Part shown: in pieces, positions 58,899 through 64,000 of the stretch | Numbering within the stretch: position 1 is the first letter of the stretch | How the letters are laid out: each line of letters opens with the position of its first letter | Assembly (NCBI GenBank): GCA_963714925.1 | Contig: CAVQQK010000018.1 | Location: 60,361-124,360, forward strand | Length of the DNA: 64,000 nt | Direction: 5' to 3' | DNA from: an uncultured beta proteobacterium | GTDB lineage: Bacteria > Pseudomonadota > Gammaproteobacteria > Burkholderiales > SG8-39 | Translations under genes and position numbers: made by a program | Notes under the pieces: generated by a model | What the model was told of the DNA's origin: nothing | The model's database searches: none | Seen by the model: only the letters and a program-made list of their open reading frames with translations

Positions 58899-59708
58899 GT
58901 GGAGATCCGGTCCGACGCCAACGACCCTGCGCAGCCGCTTGCCGGCCGCGGCATTGTCGTGACGCGGCCGCGTGGACAGGCCGACCGTCTTGCCGCGCTC
59001 ATCGAGCGTGCCGGTGGTGTCGCGCATCTCCAGCCGACGATCGAAATCGAGGATGTGCAGGATCTCGAACCGATCCTCGCCTTGATCGATCGGCTTGACG
59101 ACTTCAATCTCGCAATTTTCATCAGCCCGAACGCTGTTGCGAAGGCAATGAATTTGATCCATCAACGTCGCGGCCGGCGCGGGTGGCCGAGTGGCGTGCG
59201 GATTGCGGCGGTCGGACCCGGCAGCCGTCGCGCACTCGAGGCGCGTGGCCTCGACGCGATCATCGCCCCATCGGCGGGCGCCGACAGCGAAGCCCTGCTC
59301 GGGCTGGCGGAGATGGCGTTGGTGGCCGGTTGGCGGATTGTGATCTTCCGGGGCGATGGCGGCCGCGACCTGCTCGGGGACAGCCTGCGTGCGCGGGGCG
59401 CAGATGTGGTGTATGCGGAATGCTACCGGCGTACGCGCCCGCGCGACGACTGCGCGCCGTTACTTGCGGCGTGGGCACGCGGCGCGGTTCATGCCGTGAC
59501 AGTGAGCTCCGGCGAGGGGTTTTCGAATCTTTATGCCATGCTGGGCCCGCCGGGGCAGCAGTGGCTGCGTGGGACGCCGCTCTTCGTACCCCATACACGG
59601 ATCGTGCGCGCTGCCAAGCAGCTCGGGATTCGTGAGGTTGTCGTCGCCGGTGCGGCAGACGAAGACGTTGCCGCGGCGTTGGTTGCATACTTCGCCGCCA
59701 CGAAGTAA
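58899..59708 (+). CDS. hemD: Uroporphyrinogen-III synthase
   Basis: 269 aa in the hemC-hemD position. GRGIVVTRP...AIFISPNAV...AVGPGSRRAL is the HemD pattern. GTG start. Confidence 0.85.
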   Translation: MEIRSDANDPAQPLAGRGIVVTRPRGQADRLAALIERAGGVAHLQPTIEIEDVQDLEPILALIDRLDDFNLAIFISPNAVAKAMNLIHQRRGRRGWPSGVRIAAVGPGSRRALEARGLDAIIAPSAGADSEALLGLAEMALVAGWRIVIFRGDGGRDLLGDSLRARGADVVYAECYRRTRPRDDCAPLLAAWARGAVHAVTVSSGEGFSNLYAMLGPPGQQWLRGTPLFVPHTRIVRAAKQLGIREVVVAGAADEDVAAALVAYFAATK

Positions 59709-59722
59709 AAAAGGGACGAACC

Positions 59723-60835
59723 ATGACGACGAGCGACGACAAGGACACGCGGCCGGACGAAGATGCCCTGCCGGGCGAGGCGGCGGCGTCCACGGCCGAA
59801 CCGGCACCGGCGGCGGAAGCGGCTGCGCACTCCAGGCCTCGGTCGTCGCGTGGGGCCTGGTTTGCAGGATTGCTGGCGGTGATCGCGGCCGGTTTGGCGG
59901 CCGGCGTCTGGTTCGACGCGCGCAAGCGCATCGAAGCGACGACCGCGGCACTTGCGCAGCGCGTGGATGCAATCGAGGCGCAGCAGCGCCAGGTGCGCGC
60001 GCTTGCGCAGGAAGCGCAACTGGGCGCGCAATCACTGAACAAGCAGCTCGCGACGCTCGAAGTGCGCATCGCGGACGCCCAGGGACAGCGGCAGGCAATC
60101 GAGGCACTGTACGAGGAACTGTCTCGCAATCGCAACGAATGGCGGGTCGCGGAGGTCGCGCAGATGGTCGATATCGCCGTGCAGCAGCTCGATCTCGCGG
60201 GCAATGTGCGCGGCGCATTGCTTGCGCTACAGCTTGCTGAATCGCGCATCGCGCGGGCGAGCGACGCGGCGTTCGGGCCGCTGCGCACGGCACTCGCGCG
60301 CGACATCGAACAGCTGAAGGTCCTGCCGGCCTTCGATCCGGGCGCCCTGGGTCAGCGCATCGAGCGGCTCGCGGTCAGCGTCGAGGCGCTGCCGCTCGCC
60401 TTCGATGAGCGCGAGGCGCAGGTGCGTGCGGCGCAACGCGCACCGGTCCCGCATGGGGATGCGTGGTACGCACGCCTTGGCGCCGAGGTCTGGGGCGAAC
60501 TCAAGCAGCTCGTCGTCGTACGGCGCGTCGATGCGCCGGATCCGCCCCTGCTCGCGCCGACGCAGGCGTACTACCTGCGCGAGAACCTGCGGTTGCGGTT
60601 GCTCAGTGCGCGACTCGCGCTTCTGACGCGCGATGCGCGTGCGTACAGCAGCGACCTGCAGGCGGCGCAGGCATGGGTCAAGCGCTACTTTGATCCTCGC
60701 TCTGCGCGTACGACCGAGGTGCTCGCGCAGCTTGCGCAACTCGCCGCCGCGCCGATCGTCATCGAGCTGCCGTCGATTGCAGGCAGTGTGAATGCGGTGC
60801 GTGCGCTGGACGCGCGCGGCGCGCGCCGGTCGTGA
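59723..60835 (+). CDS. hemX: HemX-family membrane protein (uroporphyrin-III C-methyltransferase-like annotation)
   Basis: N-terminal low-complexity region plus one TM, coiled-coil, conserved C-terminal part. Sits in the hemD-hemX-hemY order. Confidence 0.75.
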   Translation: MTTSDDKDTRPDEDALPGEAAASTAEPAPAAEAAAHSRPRSSRGAWFAGLLAVIAAGLAAGVWFDARKRIEATTAALAQRVDAIEAQQRQVRALAQEAQLGAQSLNKQLATLEVRIADAQGQRQAIEALYEELSRNRNEWRVAEVAQMVDIAVQQLDLAGNVRGALLALQLAESRIARASDAAFGPLRTALARDIEQLKVLPAFDPGALGQRIERLAVSVEALPLAFDEREAQVRAAQRAPVPHGDAWYARLGAEVWGELKQLVVVRRVDAPDPPLLAPTQAYYLRENLRLRLLSARLALLTRDARAYSSDLQAAQAWVKRYFDPRSARTTEVLAQLAQLAAAPIVIELPSIAGSVNAVRALDARGARRS

Positions 60836-60872
60836 GTTCGGCTGCGGCCATGATCACGACCGGAGTCCGGCG

Positions 60873-62063
60873 ATGAGGGGATTGTTCTGGTTGCTCGTGG
60901 TGTTCGCCGCGGCGATCGCGCTCGCGCTGATCGGGCGGTCGGAAACCGGCTATGCCCTGTTCATTTATCCGCCGTACCGCGTCGAGATTTCGCTGGTCCT
61001 GTTCGCGGTCCTCGCGCTGGGCGGGTTCATAGTCCTGTATTTCGCGTCCCGCCTCGCGCACCAGGTGCTCGCGCTTCCGGTGCGCGTTCAGGCGTACCGC
61101 GCCCGGCGTCGGCAGACGCGTGCCCAGGACGCACTGGTCGCGTCGATGCAGGCGTATTTCGAAGGCCGTTTCGCGCGCGCGCAGAAGGATGCGGCCCGGG
61201 CGTATGCCGGCGGGTCCGCGCCGGGGTTGGCGGCGCTGATTGCGGCGCGCGCGGCACATCGGCTGCGCGACTTCGCGGCGCGCGACCGCTGGCTCGATCA
61301 GGCAGAAGGCGCGGGTGGTTCGATGCGCGTCGCGCGTACGCTCACGCGGGCGGAACTCGCGCTCGAGGAGCGCGATTTTCAGGCGGCGCGTGATCTCTTG
61401 CGCAGCCTGCCGTCGGGCAAATCCAAGCCGGCAGCCGGCCAGCAGATGCTGTTGCGCGCGGAACGCGGCGCCGGCAATTGGGAGGAAGTCGAACGCATGG
61501 CGACGCAGCTTGCAAAGCAGGACGCCATCTCGCCGGCGCTCGTGGCAGAGGTGCGTATCCAGGCGGCCGTCGAGCTGCTGAAGCGCGACGCGGGCGAGCG
61601 CAAGACGCTCGAGGCACGCTGGCGCGGGCTGTCCGAGCGAGAGCAGATGCATCCGCGTGTCGCCGAGGCGGCCACGCGGCTTGCGACCGGGCTTGGCGCG
61701 ACCGCGCTCGCGCGCGAGATCGTCGAACAAAGTCTCGCCCACGAATGGAGCCCGGCACTGGTGATCAGCTATGGTGACTTGCCGGCGCTCGAGCTTGCCG
61801 AACGCAGCGCGGAAGCGCGTGCGCGCATCGAACGCGCTGAACGCTGGTTGCACGAGCGGCCCGAGGACCCTGCGCTACTCGCGGCACTCGGGCGTCTGTG
61901 CGTGCACGCCGAACTCTGGGGCAAGGCGCAAAGCTATCTGGAGGCAAGCCTGTCGCTCGAGGAAAGCCGCGCCGCACACCTCGATCTGGCGCGGCTCTCG
62001 GAACGCCTGGAACGCGAACCGGACGCCCAGCGCCATTACCGGCGCGCTGCTGAGCTCGATTAG
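60873..62063 (+). CDS. hemY: HemY-family TPR membrane protein
   Basis: Two N-terminal TM helices (MRGLFWLLVVFAAAIALALIG...) and a C-terminal TPR region. Start at ATG 60873. Confidence 0.8.
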   Translation: MRGLFWLLVVFAAAIALALIGRSETGYALFIYPPYRVEISLVLFAVLALGGFIVLYFASRLAHQVLALPVRVQAYRARRRQTRAQDALVASMQAYFEGRFARAQKDAARAYAGGSAPGLAALIAARAAHRLRDFAARDRWLDQAEGAGGSMRVARTLTRAELALEERDFQAARDLLRSLPSGKSKPAAGQQMLLRAERGAGNWEEVERMATQLAKQDAISPALVAEVRIQAAVELLKRDAGERKTLEARWRGLSEREQMHPRVAEAATRLATGLGATALAREIVEQSLAHEWSPALVISYGDLPALELAERSAEARARIERAERWLHERPEDPALLAALGRLCVHAELWGKAQSYLEASLSLEESRAAHLDLARLSERLEREPDAQRHYRRAAELD

Positions 62064-62101
62064 ACCGCGCTCGCGCGGATCTCGGGACCGCGGGTGGGCG
62101 C

Positions 62102-63031
62102 CTAGACCCAGTCGCGCGGCGGTAGAAAATCGCTCGCGAGACGGGCCTCGGGGGTGCCGGGTTCCGGCGCCCAGGCATAGCGCCAGGACACCCGTGGCGG
62201 TAGTGACATCAGGATCGATTCGGTGCGGCCGCCCGATTGCAGGCCGAACAGCGTTCCGCGGTCGTACACCAGGTTGAACTCCACGTACCGTCCGCGCCGA
62301 TAGGCCTGGAAGGCACGCTCGCGTTCGCCGTAGGCGTGATCGCGGCGGCGCTCGAGAATCGGGCTGTAGGCGGGCACGAAGTGGTCGCCCACGGCACGCA
62401 CGAGCGCGAAGCAGGTCTCGAAGCCGTCCTCAGACAGGTCATCGAAGAAAATTCCGCCGATCCCGCGGGCCTCGCCGCGATGCTTGAGGACGAAGTACTC
62501 GTCGCACCAGTGCTTGTAGCGCGCATAGCGCTCGGCGCCGAACGGTTCGAGCGCGCGCTTGCAGGTTGCATGGAAGTGTCGTGCATCGTCTTCGAACCCA
62601 TACGTGGGCGTCAGATCCATGCCGCCGCCGAACCACCAGGCGGGCGCCTCGGTACTGCCCTCTGGCGCGTGGGCGACGAAGAAACGCACGTTCATGTGCG
62701 CGGTCGGGCAATACGGATTGCGCGGGTGCAGGACGAGGGAGACGCCCATGGCGTCGAAGGCGCGCCCCGCGAGCGCGGGCCGTGCGGCGCTCGCCGACGG
62801 CGGCAGGCCTTTTCCGCTCACGCGCGAGAAGTTGACCCCGCCGCGCTCGAACAGCTGGCCTTCCTCAAGCACGCGCGTGACGCCGCCGCCACCCTCGGCG
62901 CGGGTCCAGCGGTCGGTCAGAAAGGGCGTGCCATCGAGTGCCTCGAGCGCGGCAACGATGCGTGCCTGAAGGTCGACGAAATAGGCGTCGACCGCCGTGA
63001 CATCGGGGTGCGCGGGTTGTGCGATTGGCAT
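62102..63031 (-). CDS. hemF: Oxygen-dependent coproporphyrinogen-III oxidase
   Basis: [37 protein letters not shown] motifs are all present. 309 aa. Confidence 0.95.
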   Translation of the reverse strand: MPIAQPAHPDVTAVDAYFVDLQARIVAALEALDGTPFLTDRWTRAEGGGGVTRVLEEGQLFERGGVNFSRVSGKGLPPSASAARPALAGRAFDAMGVSLVLHPRNPYCPTAHMNVRFFVAHAPEGSTEAPAWWFGGGMDLTPTYGFEDDARHFHATCKRALEPFGAERYARYKHWCDEYFVLKHRGEARGIGGIFFDDLSEDGFETCFALVRAVGDHFVPAYSPILERRRDHAYGERERAFQAYRRGRYVEFNLVYDRGTLFGLQSGGRTESILMSLPPRVSWRYAWAPEPGTPEARLASDFLPPRDWV

Positions 63032-63083
63032 CTAAGAGGTCGTTTTGAGGAGAGGGGCAGGCGTGGTCGCCGCGACCGGTACG

Positions 63084-64000
63084 CTAGGACCCGCTCGCGC
63101 GCAGGCCACGGTGGCCGATGTCGCGCCGGTACTGCATGCCGTCGAAGCGGATGCCTTCGGCCGCAGCATAGGCGCGCTGACGCGCAACGCGCAGTGAGTC
63201 GCCGAGCGCAGTGACGCACAGGACCCGCCCGCCGCTGGTGACCAGATGCGCGCCGTCGACGCGTGAACCGGCGTGAAACACGCGGCACAGCTCGGTCGGC
63301 GGCGACAGGCCTTCGATGCGATCGCCCGCCACCGGATTCTCGGGGTAGCCGCGCGCTGCGAGCACGACGCCGAGCGCCGAGCGCCGGTCCCACTCCGCGT
63401 GCGCATGTTGTACGTCGCCCTCGAGTGCCGCGTCGATCAACGTCAGCAGATCCGACTTCAGGCGCATCAATATAGGCTGTGCTTCCGGGTCGCCCAGCCG
63501 GCAGTTGTATTCGAGCGCGCGGGGATTGCCCTGGGCGTCGATCATGAGGCCGGCGTACAGGAATCCGACGTAGGGCACGCCGTCCTGCGCCATGCCGAGC
63601 ATCGTTGGCTGGATGATTTCGCGCATCACGCGCGCATGGAGTTCGGGCGTGACCACCGGTGCCGGCGAGTAGGCGCCCATGCCGCCCGTGTTAGGGCCTT
63701 CGTCGCCATCGCGCAGGCGTTTGTGATCCTGGCTCGTCGCGAGCGCAAGCGCATGGCGGCCGTCGCACATGACGATAAAGCTCGCTTCCTCGCCCACGAG
63801 ACATTCCTCGATCACGACCCGCGCGCCCGCGTCGCCCAGCGTGTGCGTCAGCAGCATGCGATCGATCGCATCGTTCGCCTGCGCAACGGTGGTGGCGACG
63901 ACCACACCCTTGCCGGCGGCGAGCCCGTCTGCCTTGACGACGATGGGTGCGCCGTGCTGCGCGACATAGGCCTTGGCATCTGCCGCCTGTTCAAACGTGG
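63084..64000 (-). CDS. purD: Phosphoribosylamine-glycine ligase, C-terminal two-thirds (N-terminus outside the window)
   Basis: ATP-grasp sequence VVKADGLAAGKGVVVA...EECLVGEEASFIV...GPNTGGMGAYSP. The frame is open to the window edge. Confidence 0.9.
   Translation of the reverse strand, partial: TFEQAADAKAYVAQHGAPIVVKADGLAAGKGVVVATTVAQANDAIDRMLLTHTLGDAGARVVIEECLVGEEASFIVMCDGRHALALATSQDHKRLRDGDEGPNTGGMGAYSPAPVVTPELHARVMREIIQPTMLGMAQDGVPYVGFLYAGLMIDAQGNPRALEYNCRLGDPEAQPILMRLKSDLLTLIDAALEGDVQHAHAEWDRRSALGVVLAARGYPENPVAGDRIEGLSPPTELCRVFHAGSRVDGAHLVTSGGRVLCVTALGDSLRVARQRAYAAAEGIRFDGMQYRRDIGHRGLRASGS

Overview
High-GC (roughly two-thirds G+C) proteobacterial chromosome segment with Beta/Gammaproteobacteria-type synteny: folB-plsY, tsaD, rpsU-yqeY-dnaG-rpoD, recG-ubiA-ubiD, groESL, hemA-prfA-prmC-grxD, and argH-algZ-algR-hemCDXY. 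About 60 protein genes and 3 tRNAs can be supported. Between a tRNA(CAT) at 12.9 kb and tRNA-Ala at 32.9 kb lies a ~20-kb accessory block for periplasmic redox and metal handling. It holds 26 CXXCH heme motifs in six cytochrome genes, an NrfC/NrfD-type module, and a CbcL-like nonaheme-c/cytochrome-b fusion. It also holds a Cpx-like two-component divergon with a Met/His-repeat Spy/CpxP-like protein, a multicopper oxidase, a divergent FeoB, a CopG/DUF411 gene and three FNR-type boxes. Only in this block do I infer about 10 single-base indels, mostly at short homopolymer runs, that break five genes and a zinc-ribbon remnant, plus an in-frame TGA at a conserved Cys. Two non-coding structures are the most unusual. 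One is a strict 57-bp x 8 tandem array (43.2-43.7 kb) that re-copies the last 20 nt of tRNA-Phe plus a 37-nt hairpin spacer. The other is five head-to-tail DnaA-box-like 9-mers at exact 11-bp phasing upstream of grxD (51.47-51.52 kb). I recognised no CRISPR array, rRNA, transposase or phage integrase. All family calls come from motif and sequence recollection, not database searches. Many long ORFs in the track are antisense or off-frame artefacts of high GC.
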